From IMG/VR virus record IMGVR_UViG_3300004460_000011, positions 1 through 58,817 of that record: a stretch of 58,817 nucleotides of DNA, one strand, 5' to 3'. Shown in pieces: positions 19,316 through 29,800 of this stretch. The translations under genes were made by a program, and so were the position numbers. Origin of the DNA: a virus (Duplodnaviria > Caudoviricetes). Within the stretch, counting starts at the first letter, position 1, and each line of letters starts with the position of its first letter. Under the pieces are notes generated by a model. It ran no database searches, was not told where the DNA came from, and was given only the letters and a program-made list of their open reading frames with translations.

Positions 19316-19975
19316 CTAGTTGTTAGCTTTTAAGGCTTTAAGTATAAAGTAAGCATCAACTATGTCATCAATAGGTTTAGGTATTTTAATGCTGAAGTCC
19401 TTTCCTTGAGTCCATTTCCAAAGTTTAGTGCTCCTTAAGTTCTTATCATTAAGGACATCATCTTGAAATGCTTTAGCCATATAATGTTTATTAGCATTTC
19501 CTTTACCAGCTAACTTCTTTACATGAGACGGTTGAAACACTGATAAATTTTCTATAGAGTACTTATCTATTAGTTTCTTTCTTAAAAATGTATTATATTG
19601 AATTATATCTATAAATGAATTACCTTTAGAGCCATATGAAAATCCTTCTAATGCAACCGCTACTTTATCACCTTCAAATAAGGTTGAAAATATATTAACC
19701 ATAAGTGAACTAATATTTCCGGCATCCTCTAACTTCTGTCTCTCTCTAGGTAAAAATTCTTTACTTGTAACTTGCCTATTATAAGGAAAACCTAATAAGG
19801 CATTATCATCAATTAATTCTTTATGTATACTGAATGCTTTAGGTATTTTTCTACCTTCTTCATCCCATATACGATTTCCGTAATTAAAAAAAGTTATAAA
19901 GTGATATTCGCCATCGGCTGTTTCAATACAGGCTCCAGGGCTATTTAATGAAAAATCAATTCCTATGTGAATCAT
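19316..19975 (-). CDS. RuvC-like Holliday junction resolvase
   Basis: IGIDFSLNSPG, VALEG, PSHVKK..GKGNANK and DDIVDAY motifs (RNase H fold). Confidence 0.85.
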   Translation of the reverse strand: MIHIGIDFSLNSPGACIETADGEYHFITFFNYGNRIWDEEGRKIPKAFSIHKELIDDNALLGFPYNRQVTSKEFLPRERQKLEDAGNISSLMVNIFSTLFEGDKVAVALEGFSYGSKGNSFIDIIQYNTFLRKKLIDKYSIENLSVFQPSHVKKLAGKGNANKHYMAKAFQDDVLNDKNLRSTKLWKWTQGKDFSIKIPKPIDDIVDAYFILKALKANN

Positions 19976-19980
19976 TCTAA

Positions 19981-20337
19981 TTATATTCTCTTGCCGATAA
20001 CTGCACCTAGCGCAGCACCTACAAGACGTGAGGTTAATAAATCATAAAGAGCACCTTTAGTAACACCTAATACTTTAGCTACTGCTTTACCTATAGTTTT
20101 TCCTAGTGCAAATCCAGTAAGTCCACCAAATATGCTACCAAGCAATCCTTCATTAATTATTTCTTCTACACAATCTTCTAAATTCTTGCCTTCTTTTTGA
20201 GCTTCAAGAATTCTATCTACTGCTAAATCAATAGCAGCATCTTGCTCTTCTGTTAAATCATGAGATTCATTTAATAAATCTTCTATGTTTAAAGAATCTT
20301 CTTTATTCTCGATTAGATAATCTTTAAATGTTTTCAT
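19981..20337 (-). CDS. Putative head protein with acidic propeptide and glycine-zipper C-terminus (118 aa)
   Basis: MKTFKDYLIE CTS-like start, then IINE-GLLGSIFGGLTGFALG...GAALGAVIG. Confidence 0.65.
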   Translation of the reverse strand: MKTFKDYLIENKEDSLNIEDLLNESHDLTEEQDAAIDLAVDRILEAQKEGKNLEDCVEEIINEGLLGSIFGGLTGFALGKTIGKAVAKVLGVTKGALYDLLTSRLVGAALGAVIGKRI

Positions 20338-20361
20338 TAATGTTCTTTATTTGTTTATATA

Positions 20362-20916
20362 TTAGGTTATGTTAACAACAACATCTAAGATGTTATAACC
20401 AAACGTAATATCAAATGTTTGAAACTCTATTGTATTACTAGAGAAGTTTAAGTCTAACGCGCCTACTTCAGATATAAACATATCTTTAAGTTGGACCGTT
20501 ACAAATACAGTCCCATCAGCATCTAACATCTGTACACCAACACCTTCTGGTAAATATGGATGCTTGCCACTTAATTTATAATAATAATCAAACATTTCTA
20601 CAGCCATCCAATAATTTACATATCCATCAAATGCCTGCATTGTAACAGTCATAGTCTTATCAAATAATTGTTGCTTTGGTAAACTAGACCTAAATGCTCT
20701 TTGATTACCTGGATAGTCCACTTGCGTGACTGCATCAAAAGAAGGCCCTGGTAAATTTAAAGATTGTATTCCATAATTCCAATAATCAATAGGTTCTTTA
20801 ATTAACCCACCAGGAACTCTTGTAAGAAATGGCTTATATTTATCAGCTATTTCTTTAGGTATAAAAGTTCTAGGAAAGTCAAACTTAAATTGGTTATTTC
20901 TTGCGCTTAATATCAT
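20362..20916 (-). CDS. Tail-tube-fold protein, T4 gp3-like tail terminator
   Basis: QSLNLPG, TVTM..DGYVNYW, LKDMFISEVGALDL and TFDITFGY pattern, 184 aa. Confidence 0.6.
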   Translation of the reverse strand: MILSARNNQFKFDFPRTFIPKEIADKYKPFLTRVPGGLIKEPIDYWNYGIQSLNLPGPSFDAVTQVDYPGNQRAFRSSLPKQQLFDKTMTVTMQAFDGYVNYWMAVEMFDYYYKLSGKHPYLPEGVGVQMLDADGTVFVTVQLKDMFISEVGALDLNFSSNTIEFQTFDITFGYNILDVVVNIT

Positions 20917-20927
20917 AATTTATTAAT

Positions 20928-21845
20928 TTATCTTCCGCCAAACCGACTTCTAATTCTATCAAATCTATCATCAAACCTATCCTGAATTTCTGTTACTCTA
21001 TTACTACCAATTGTGTAATTTTGTAAATTCTTAGCAGCATTTTTATAAAAAGATTTTTTCTTAGATTTAGTTTGTGCAGTTTTAGCTGCTTGTTTAATAG
21101 CTCTTATTTGTTGCTTCTTTTTTATTTGTCTAATACTAAATGCTTGTGCTTCTTTGGCTCTACGATTAATTAATTCTATTTTAGTTGATTTTAAATCTTT
21201 ACTCAATTCTGCTATTTCATTTGTTAATTCTTCATTACTATTTTGCAATGCTTGTATAGTTAAGGTATCTTCTTCAGCTGAATTTACCAATTCTGAATTT
21301 TCTTTTTTAAGAGCTTGATTCTCTGCCTGTAATTTTGCTAATTCAATACTATATTCTAATCTCTGTTCTTCAATCTGTGAAGTTAATGTTGTTCTGTTGG
21401 CATCGCCTACTGCTAACCATAGGCCTTGGTATAAAACCGACTCATCCGAAATAGATCCATCAGTTGGATCAATCATTTTAGTAGAAATATAAAAATTATT
21501 ATTATCTAATGCTAATATCTTTTTACTATCCGACCTGGTTATTCTAAATAATACTTGCCCTTTAGATAAATCGACCTCAGCTACCTGTGTATGATTTTTA
21601 ATATCAATTTCATCATTAGTTCCAATAAAATTTATAAAAATATTTCCTACATTACTTAAATCAATTGGAGTATCTTCATTTTCTATTTCATCGAACAAAG
21701 TAAAAAGAAAGAAATCATCAAACGGAGATATTCTTATAGTAGCATCCCCCTGCGGTAGTGGCTGTTCATTAACTGCTAGGTTAACAAACCTTTGGTAATA
21801 TTCCTTTTGTGTCTTTGTTAAAGATATGTTAGTTTGTATTGCCAT
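20928..21845 (-). CDS. Hypothetical protein with beta domain, coiled coil and basic tail (305 aa)
   Basis: Heptad region LAKLQAENQALKKENSEL, K/R-rich C-terminus. Confidence 0.6.
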   Translation of the reverse strand: MAIQTNISLTKTQKEYYQRFVNLAVNEQPLPQGDATIRISPFDDFFLFTLFDEIENEDTPIDLSNVGNIFINFIGTNDEIDIKNHTQVAEVDLSKGQVLFRITRSDSKKILALDNNNFYISTKMIDPTDGSISDESVLYQGLWLAVGDANRTTLTSQIEEQRLEYSIELAKLQAENQALKKENSELVNSAEEDTLTIQALQNSNEELTNEIAELSKDLKSTKIELINRRAKEAQAFSIRQIKKKQQIRAIKQAAKTAQTKSKKKSFYKNAAKNLQNYTIGSNRVTEIQDRFDDRFDRIRSRFGGR

Positions 21846-23199
21846 CTTCTTCTGTTATTGTTTGTATTTTAACTGGTGATATAGCTGCTTTAACTTTTAT
21901 TCTATCCCTAAATGTAGTCACATAACTCGTTTTTACTACTAGTTTTTCAACTATTTGTTCGGATGTATCAGCATTGCTAGCACCACCTGTTCCTATAACT
22001 ATCTGTTTTCCTGTATCATTATTAATTCTGTTATAAACATTAGCCACCGTTGGCACAACTCCTAAATTAATTTGAACCATTTGTCTTCCATACTTTTGAG
22101 CATCAAACGATGTTAATTTTGCATTTTTTATTATTTGTGTGGCATTGGCTTTATTATATAATCGTAATACATAATTAATAGAAAATGATACAGCAGTATT
22201 ACCATTTTTTATAATAGGCCTAAATAAAACAGGTTCATCAAAATCCGTATCTTGTGAAATTACTTGAAAACTTGTTTGCGTAAATACAGTACCTATTTGC
22301 TCAGTTACACTAATTTCATGAAAAACTACATACTGTCCACCAGAAGAATTCAATTGAGCAATAAAATTACTAAAGGTGGATCCTGCAACTTGACCAGATA
22401 GCTCAAAATAATCTCCAGCATCTGATTGCTTTACTTCAGCATATAAGTTATCATAAATATCTCTATTTAAGATAGAAACAGAATTTATTTCTTGCATCTC
22501 ATAAAAACTATAAGCATTTTCAGTAATAGTTTGTAAAATACCAGATGCTCTTAATGTAATCGGTGGTGTACTTAAAAATCCTTGCCCTTCAGTAACTTTA
22601 TAAGCAACCCCATTAGTATCTGAAGTAGTAAATAAATTATTCATATAGAATAATGAAGGTACTCTCCACTCTATAAATGTTGCATATAATTTATCTGCAA
22701 TTAGTAAAGGTTCAGGATTAAATGTAGGTGTATCAGTTTTTAGGAAATTTATAGAAGCAAGATTTAGCATAACACTATCTCTTCTTGGTGCTAATGCTTC
22801 AAATACAATACCATCAAAATCCCCAAAACTAAAACCTGCTACAAAATGTACTCTCATCTTATCATATGCAACATCAAGTTGTGGTGTAAATGTCTGTAAG
22901 AGATTTGCACTATCAGTTAATGCAGGGCTAAAATCATTATAAGGTACCCCAATAGAGGTATCTAAATAAACATATTGTGTTTTTTCTTTATTATTTGAAA
23001 CTGCAGATATATCTCTATAATTACCCATTACAGCAGAGACACTATCTGTATTAAAGAAATAAGTTCCTTTAGTATTAGCATCTCTCATAAGCTCAATAGG
23101 ATATGTAGCAGTATTAAACGTAGTCGGTGTTGCCTGACTAGTATATACATACTCTATAAGTATTTGCTCAGATATTTGTATAAACCTTGATGATTCCAT
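21829..23199 (-). CDS. Putative virion structural protein (456 aa)
   Basis: Long ORF in the structural block, late motif upstream. Confidence 0.6.
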   Translation of the reverse strand: MESSRFIQISEQILIEYVYTSQATPTTFNTATYPIELMRDANTKGTYFFNTDSVSAVMGNYRDISAVSNNKEKTQYVYLDTSIGVPYNDFSPALTDSANLLQTFTPQLDVAYDKMRVHFVAGFSFGDFDGIVFEALAPRRDSVMLNLASINFLKTDTPTFNPEPLLIADKLYATFIEWRVPSLFYMNNLFTTSDTNGVAYKVTEGQGFLSTPPITLRASGILQTITENAYSFYEMQEINSVSILNRDIYDNLYAEVKQSDAGDYFELSGQVAGSTFSNFIAQLNSSGGQYVVFHEISVTEQIGTVFTQTSFQVISQDTDFDEPVLFRPIIKNGNTAVSFSINYVLRLYNKANATQIIKNAKLTSFDAQKYGRQMVQINLGVVPTVANVYNRINNDTGKQIVIGTGGASNADTSEQIVEKLVVKTSYVTTFRDRIKVKAAISPVKIQTITEEDGNTN

Positions 23200-23213
23200 T
23201 CTATTCTATTTAT

Positions 23214-23999
23214 TTACCATTGTAAAAGCTTTGGGTTCCACGAAATTCCTAATCCGATATATGGCCCAAAATTACCATCTCCGGTAATTCCCATTCCCAT
23301 ATTAATACCTAATCCAAAAGGTTTTCTATTTTTCATTTGTATACTTTTAAACTCAGGGCTATTTTGATCAATCATAATACCTTGTGTATTATTAAATGTT
23401 GTACCAGGATAATCAGAAGTTAACTTTATAAAAACTTCCTTAGTATTAAGATCTTGTGATAATGTAGCATCCAACCATATATTTTGTTTTAATCCTATTG
23501 TTGCAGAACCAAACATTAAACTATCAGTAAAGGTATAAGGCAAAGATACATCAATTAATCTTGAACTTTTTTCCCAGTTACTTTTAGAATCAAAACTTAA
23601 TACTGATTTAAACTCTACACCATCTTGTTTAACAACAGTGTCTTTTGTTTTAACTGGAACCTCTACTATCCTTTCTTCTACAATTGTTTTATATTTTACA
23701 ATTGTTATAGGAGGTCTGCCTTTTTCATATTCTAAACTATCTCTTAATTCTTCTAATGACAAATTAAGACCTTTTATTTCACCAACTGATTCTCCATTTT
23801 CATTTACATAATTAAGAATAGTATCATTAGCGGCTGAAAGATTATTTTGGAATCTAGTAACTTCCCCTTTTGCATATTCGGTTTCATTACACTGTCTAAC
23901 TAATAAAAATAATAACACTACGATTCCTCCCAATAAAAACATCCTAGTGTTCTTTGGGTCTGTTAGAATACCAAGAATATTTTTAATTATTAAAATCAT
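23214..23999 (-). CDS. Membrane-anchored spanin-like protein (261 aa)
   Basis: N-terminal TM segment (FLLGGIVVLLFLLV) then RQC, coiled coil, and C-terminal amphipathic beta hairpin FGLGINMGMG...GPYIGLGISWN. Confidence 0.5.
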   Translation of the reverse strand: MILIIKNILGILTDPKNTRMFLLGGIVVLLFLLVRQCNETEYAKGEVTRFQNNLSAANDTILNYVNENGESVGEIKGLNLSLEELRDSLEYEKGRPPITIVKYKTIVEERIVEVPVKTKDTVVKQDGVEFKSVLSFDSKSNWEKSSRLIDVSLPYTFTDSLMFGSATIGLKQNIWLDATLSQDLNTKEVFIKLTSDYPGTTFNNTQGIMIDQNSPEFKSIQMKNRKPFGLGINMGMGITGDGNFGPYIGLGISWNPKLLQW

Positions 24000-24229
24000 T
24001 TTATATACTTCATTAACTTATTAGGGGTTACTTCCGTAGCTCCATATTTTTTTGCAATTTTATCGATAAACTTTTTTTCTTTACCTTTCATTCCATCTAC
24101 TTCTTCAAAAAGACCATCTCTTTTCTTTGCTAAACTTTGGATACTCTTTTGCATCAAATCTAAGGAAAGTTGAATTTCCCTATATCTACTTACATAACTG
24201 TTAAGTTCTTTTATTTCTTTTTTTGTCAT
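23996..24229 (-). CDS. Small coiled-coil hypothetical protein (77 aa)
   Basis: ATGA overlap with the downstream gene. Confidence 0.65.
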   Translation of the reverse strand: MTKKEIKELNSYVSRYREIQLSLDLMQKSIQSLAKKRDGLFEEVDGMKGKEKKFIDKIAKKYGATEVTPNKLMKYIK

Positions 24230-24246
24230 TTTTATTATTTTAAATA

Positions 24247-26829
24247 TTATGTTACTGGCTGCTGTGTCCCAGTAGTAGGAAATGTAGTTCCGGAAGTAGT
24301 GTTTGCTCTGTTAACATTCCATGAACCTCCAAGGAAGCTGAAACTAGTTATATCCCATCCGTATTCTATTAAAGCAGTAGATTGATTATCCGCGGTTCCT
24401 GTTTGAGGATATCCTCTTTGGACAGCCTGCTTTGCACCATTCCATACTAGGTCTATCATAACTCTTTTTCCTACACCTAATACATCATCACCGGCAGACA
24501 TCGATAATTCTAGATCTCGCGAAGCCCCAGGTTCAGTTGTACTCCACCAACTTGTGTAAGGATTACCTAGTGCTCTTTGCATTCTCATAGTTGGAAATCT
24601 TAATGTAAAATCTCCATAATACTTCCATGTTTCTTGGTTTAGCCCTCTAGTAACTCGATACCTATAAGCTTGGTTATACATTACAACTCTTATCATCTGC
24701 CCTGGATATTGCCCTGTAGGAAAATGAAACGTATAATCCTTATCTTCTCTATTTTCAGTTTTAGTACTAGATACATTACCGTATCCAATACCAACACCAA
24801 TTTCAATATAAGGAACATTTAAATCAGCCGTTGTTGGCATATTGCCGTTTGCTGATGATGATGGTGTAGAATCAAAATTACGAGGATCCCACCCAAACTT
24901 TTGACTAATGTTAATTGGATTTGGATAGCCAGGGGCAGAGTTATTAGTACTGTTTGCCTCATTAGTTCTTTTTAATACTAATGGAACTGCAACACCTATC
25001 TTATTTTTACTTATAGTAACATAATCTTTAGTAGTAATATTGGCAACATTATCAGAAACTTTTAAAGTTAGTGAATTATCATAAGCCTCATACGGCGTTG
25101 TAATAGGATAACCTGCTGGACTTCCTTCATTACCTTGCCCAATAGTTATTTGGTGCATTGGTTCATTGGTTTGTACAGCAGTACCACCAACCCACTTTTC
25201 ATATAATGAACCTGCAACTACATCAGTTAAAGAAGAATCTCCAGTTTGTCTAAATATACTTCCACCGACAGTAAGAGTAGAATCTAAATAATTATATTGA
25301 TGTATGTTGGCGTTTGGTATTTGAATACCAGAAGGTAAGCCTTCTTTTGCCCACGTTTGATCACCTACAAATCTAGTATGAGGTTTTAGCGGTTTTGTAG
25401 GATCGTTGCTTTGGTGATAGCCATAATCTATAACTATACTAGGTTGAGCTATTGCTGTAGTGCCAGCATTTTTTACAATTAATTGACTCTTACCTTGTAT
25501 ATAAATATCCCCACCGTTTGACGTATTAGGGGCGGCGGATAAGTTTTCAATAACAATATTACCAAGAGCATTAGCTGATGATGTAGATTGTTTTATAAAT
25601 ATATTTCCATTTGGGTCATTACTCGAGGTAATAAGTTCAATATTACCTGTTAGGGTCTGCAATTTTATACCTCCACCTGAAGAAGGTACCTTTGTAGTAT
25701 CTAAAGTAATATTACCACCTGAATAAGCAGTTATATTTTCAAGAGCACTAGACACAAAATTAATAGGCCCTGCTTTTACTTGAAATGTTCCAGCTAAACC
25801 AGGAGGAGTAGGAATTACATCTACAAAAGGAAACCCAGTACCTTGCTCTAGTACGGCTGATGCAGTTGCACCTTCAGTAGTAACCATAAACTTATTTCCT
25901 GATGACGATCCTAATCCTACTTTTATTTCTACATTAGAATCATTACCTAAGCCATACCCAACTGATGATATACCGCTATTTAATGAAATAGATTTTCCAG
26001 CGTTAAATTCCTGCGATCTTTCGTTTGTAAGAAGTTCTAACCCAACTAAATCTAATTGAAGAGAAGGGCTCGTAGGTGGTTTCTCTCCACCTAAAATTAA
26101 TCTATCATCTGTCCCTATCTTTATATAACTCAAGGAACCAATATTTAGTTGCTCAAACTTATCAGCAGGAGTAGCCGCACCACCGTGAAACATTATACCT
26201 TTAGTAGCAGTATCTCTTTGGTGTAAAAAAAGAGAAACTGTTGGGCTATTAGTTTGTTCTGCTATAACATTAGGAATTATGTATGCATTTGTTAATGGAA
26301 TTGATGAATCTATGTCATCAGTAATAGTAACAGCACCACCTATCATAATAGAAGGAACGCCTTCATTAGTAGTATTTGCACCGTTTGCAATTCCTGTATT
26401 ACTATCAAAACCAATAGGTCCTTGATATTTTGTATTTTCAGCATTAATAGGAGAACCGTATGCTAATGCAAAACCTCCACCTGCACCTTGTGCACCGGTT
26501 GCACCCTTTAAATCAATATTTGTTTGAATCCAAGTCGTTCCATTATATTCCCAAACATCGCCATTAAAATCTAAATAATAATCTCCAGATAATAAAGTAG
26601 GAGATACTATAATAGTATTAGGATTAGTTGCAGAAATAGAACTAGGATCATCATACCATGTACTTCCTTTAGGTCCTCTCCCACCAACAGGACCTATAGG
26701 TCCTTGTGGTCCAATTGGCCCGGATGGCCCTCCACCATTAAGTAACAATTGATCAAAATTAAAATTTGTTTTATCGACCAGTTGTGAAATAGTATCTGAT
26801 GCTATTATTTCTTGTATAGTGATTGGCAT
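24247..26829 (-). CDS. Tail fibre/baseplate-attached protein with collagen-like segment (860 aa)
   Basis: N-terminal SDTI...KTNFNFDQL (gp9/gp10-like anchor) and GPIGPQGPIGPVG. Confidence 0.65.
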   Translation of the reverse strand: MPITIQEIIASDTISQLVDKTNFNFDQLLLNGGGPSGPIGPQGPIGPVGGRGPKGSTWYDDPSSISATNPNTIIVSPTLLSGDYYLDFNGDVWEYNGTTWIQTNIDLKGATGAQGAGGGFALAYGSPINAENTKYQGPIGFDSNTGIANGANTTNEGVPSIMIGGAVTITDDIDSSIPLTNAYIIPNVIAEQTNSPTVSLFLHQRDTATKGIMFHGGAATPADKFEQLNIGSLSYIKIGTDDRLILGGEKPPTSPSLQLDLVGLELLTNERSQEFNAGKSISLNSGISSVGYGLGNDSNVEIKVGLGSSSGNKFMVTTEGATASAVLEQGTGFPFVDVIPTPPGLAGTFQVKAGPINFVSSALENITAYSGGNITLDTTKVPSSGGGIKLQTLTGNIELITSSNDPNGNIFIKQSTSSANALGNIVIENLSAAPNTSNGGDIYIQGKSQLIVKNAGTTAIAQPSIVIDYGYHQSNDPTKPLKPHTRFVGDQTWAKEGLPSGIQIPNANIHQYNYLDSTLTVGGSIFRQTGDSSLTDVVAGSLYEKWVGGTAVQTNEPMHQITIGQGNEGSPAGYPITTPYEAYDNSLTLKVSDNVANITTKDYVTISKNKIGVAVPLVLKRTNEANSTNNSAPGYPNPINISQKFGWDPRNFDSTPSSSANGNMPTTADLNVPYIEIGVGIGYGNVSSTKTENREDKDYTFHFPTGQYPGQMIRVVMYNQAYRYRVTRGLNQETWKYYGDFTLRFPTMRMQRALGNPYTSWWSTTEPGASRDLELSMSAGDDVLGVGKRVMIDLVWNGAKQAVQRGYPQTGTADNQSTALIEYGWDITSFSFLGGSWNVNRANTTSGTTFPTTGTQQPVT

Positions 26830-26838
26830 TTCTTTTTA

Positions 26839-29800
26839 TTATTTTTTAACTATAGTTATACTAAACCCATACGATTCAGTAAAACCTGTTCTTTTATTAT
26901 ATATTAGCTTTAAATCAAATGGATTTGTGTTTAGGGTTTTTGATGCAGAATTTTCATTAAGAGTTAACCCATTGCTAATTTTTTGTACATTACTTAATTC
27001 GGCTGTAGTATAAGTATCCCCACCTTTTGTTCTGCTAGCCAAAGTATAAAAATCTACCTTTTCTATTTTATAAAGCTTTAATATATTTTCTCTTATGTAT
27101 TCATTAACATCATCATCTAAAGTTTCTAAATCACCCCAACCATATAATTCATTAACATATTTTTGAAACTGTTCCTTAATAGGAGTAAATAAATATTCCA
27201 TTAATCTCTTTTCATTAAACAAATAAAATGTAACAAATGGAGATGATGGTTTTTTCTTAATTCTTCTTATTTGCCTAACACCTTCTGATTTAATTATTCT
27301 TTTATTAATTGTTACTGATGCCTGGTCTTGGTACATAAAAGTACCATTAACTAAACTAGGCTGCTTAATTGCTCCTTTAACAAAAGGGCTAGGTTCAAAA
27401 GTTTCTAAAATAATTGTTTCTGGAACCTTAAGATATTTAGATCCAAAAAATGATTTTTTTTCAAGCATAGACCTAGTACCTATGATAGGTTCTATTTGAG
27501 ATTTATCAATACTTTTTATAAAATATGAAGGCTCCCAATTAGAAGAAAATATATAAAAATCTTTATAATCAATTCCTATTTCATTAATTAAAGGGTATAA
27601 GCTAGGAAACGCACTTTCTCTTGATAATTCTAAAACAGTAGATGGGTCTTGTTCATTTACTTTATGATAATAAAAATTAGGGATTTGTCCAAAATTAGTA
27701 TCTGCACTATTAAACTGAGTATTTTTATATTTACATAATTCTAATACTTTTAATTTATAAACAGAGTCATCTGGTAAAGCAGAAGCTGTAATACCACTAA
27801 AATCTAAATTCATATAAGGATCTCTAAAAGAAAGTAAAGGTAAAGCATAAGGCTCATAATAACCAGCATGTCTTGCAATTGGTGTAATCCTTGGAGTTTT
27901 TTGTAAAGATAAATCATATCCAACAACATCAGTTAAATTAAAAGCAGTTGGTTTAGCAGGGTCAGGTAACACTCCAACATAAATAGATTTTAATATATCA
28001 GCCTGTGCACGCAATTCTATACCAAAAGTTTGAGCTAAAGACCCGTCTTTATTTTTAACTTGTGTACCGTCACTTGCAATAGTTTCATATAAAATAGTAG
28101 GATTACCTTTATTTACAGCATCAAAGATTTCACCAAAGGTTGCTCTATTTAATACACTCTCATATTGATTTATACCACCATTGCCAATTAGGTAAGTAGC
28201 TTGTCTCATTAAATTAATATTAGGTGAAGAATTAGGTAAAGTAAAAGGGTTACCATTTTTAGTGAACACTGAAGCTAAAAATGAATCATTACCCGTAATA
28301 GTTGATATACCATCAATTACAAAATTGTCACCACTGACTTGAAATTTTATTTGCCCATAAGTACCATTTTCTAATATTCTAATATCTTCTAAGAATTTAG
28401 GAAATACACCATTGTTATCAGGAATACCTTTTACTGTAAATATATTATTTACTGGTCCTGTTGTAGTTAAAAGATTAATAGCGCCTCTTAATACGGTAGA
28501 ATTATATTTAGGGGTTTGTGGCGGTCCTGGATCATACACAACAGAGCAATCAGGATTAACTCTAAAATTACTAGTAAGAGAGTATAAACTAGTTCTATCA
28601 ATAATAGATTTTGTATCATCATTAATACACTTATTAGCGTAAGAAATAGAAATTAACATTACTACAGTTTTCCATTTTTCATTCTTAATAAATTTTACTT
28701 GCAAATCTGGTTTGTTTGGAAGATTAGGAACTAGCATAACTGAAAACCTATAATCATTAAACTCACCACTTGGTACGTATGATAATGATCTAGCATTAAA
28801 ATCAGGTTTCTCTGTAAACTTTGCTTTAGGCTTTGCTATAATTCTAACCCCACGTAAAAATGTTTCGGAAAAATTCTTTGCATCCCCACCATTAAATCTA
28901 CCATATCTTAATTGTCTATCTATTTCAGTAATACCTCCTGTGGTAAATCTTTGTGCAATAAAGTAATCATCAAAATAATTTTTATTAACATTTTGAAATG
29001 TACCTGGTACAAATATTTGGCCAGTTGCTGGGTTAGCCTCCGTATTATCAGTAGGTGCAGTATCAAAATAACTCCATGATTCTTCTATTGCTGACTTCCC
29101 AAAATATTCTGGAAATTCAGAAAGATAATACCATTCTTGACTATATCCACTTGCAGTAGGTATCTTATCCCATTTAGACGGCCCAAAATTATTTAAACCA
29201 AAGGCTTCATTTACGTTTAATCTATATGGGTGATTTCTTACATCCTTACCACCATTAACCCATGCCCATTTATTAATATAAGGTGCAATCCTAGATGCAG
29301 ATGCTTGTGATGTTAAAAAGTTTTCTTCTAATCGGATATATTCACTTTTAATATATTCATCATCAGGGTTTTGGTCTTCCGCATCATTAAATAAACCAAT
29401 TAAATTATAGAAACCACCATTATCATAAAATTCTCTAATTTCAGGATTACCGCTAACTCCTGTATATTGTAAAGGAATTAAATTTGGAACAGTTTGATTA
29501 TAATGGTTTTCCTCATATATTAACTCGCCTTCTTGGCTATATAAATTACTATGAAAATCAAAATCAAAATCCTTAACATCAAAGAATGAAAATCTACCAA
29601 AAGAAGGTTTATAATCAGAATATAAAGCAACTTGATTAGACCTAGTTACCATTATTTGATTATCATTACAAGTTATAACTGCATATTTATCAATATCTGT
29701 ATATCCTATAATTTCATTTAATCCATTATAAATAGGTTCTTCTGTATATGGTACCCAATCTCCAATTTGTGTATAGTCACCAGTTGTTTGTACAAAATTA

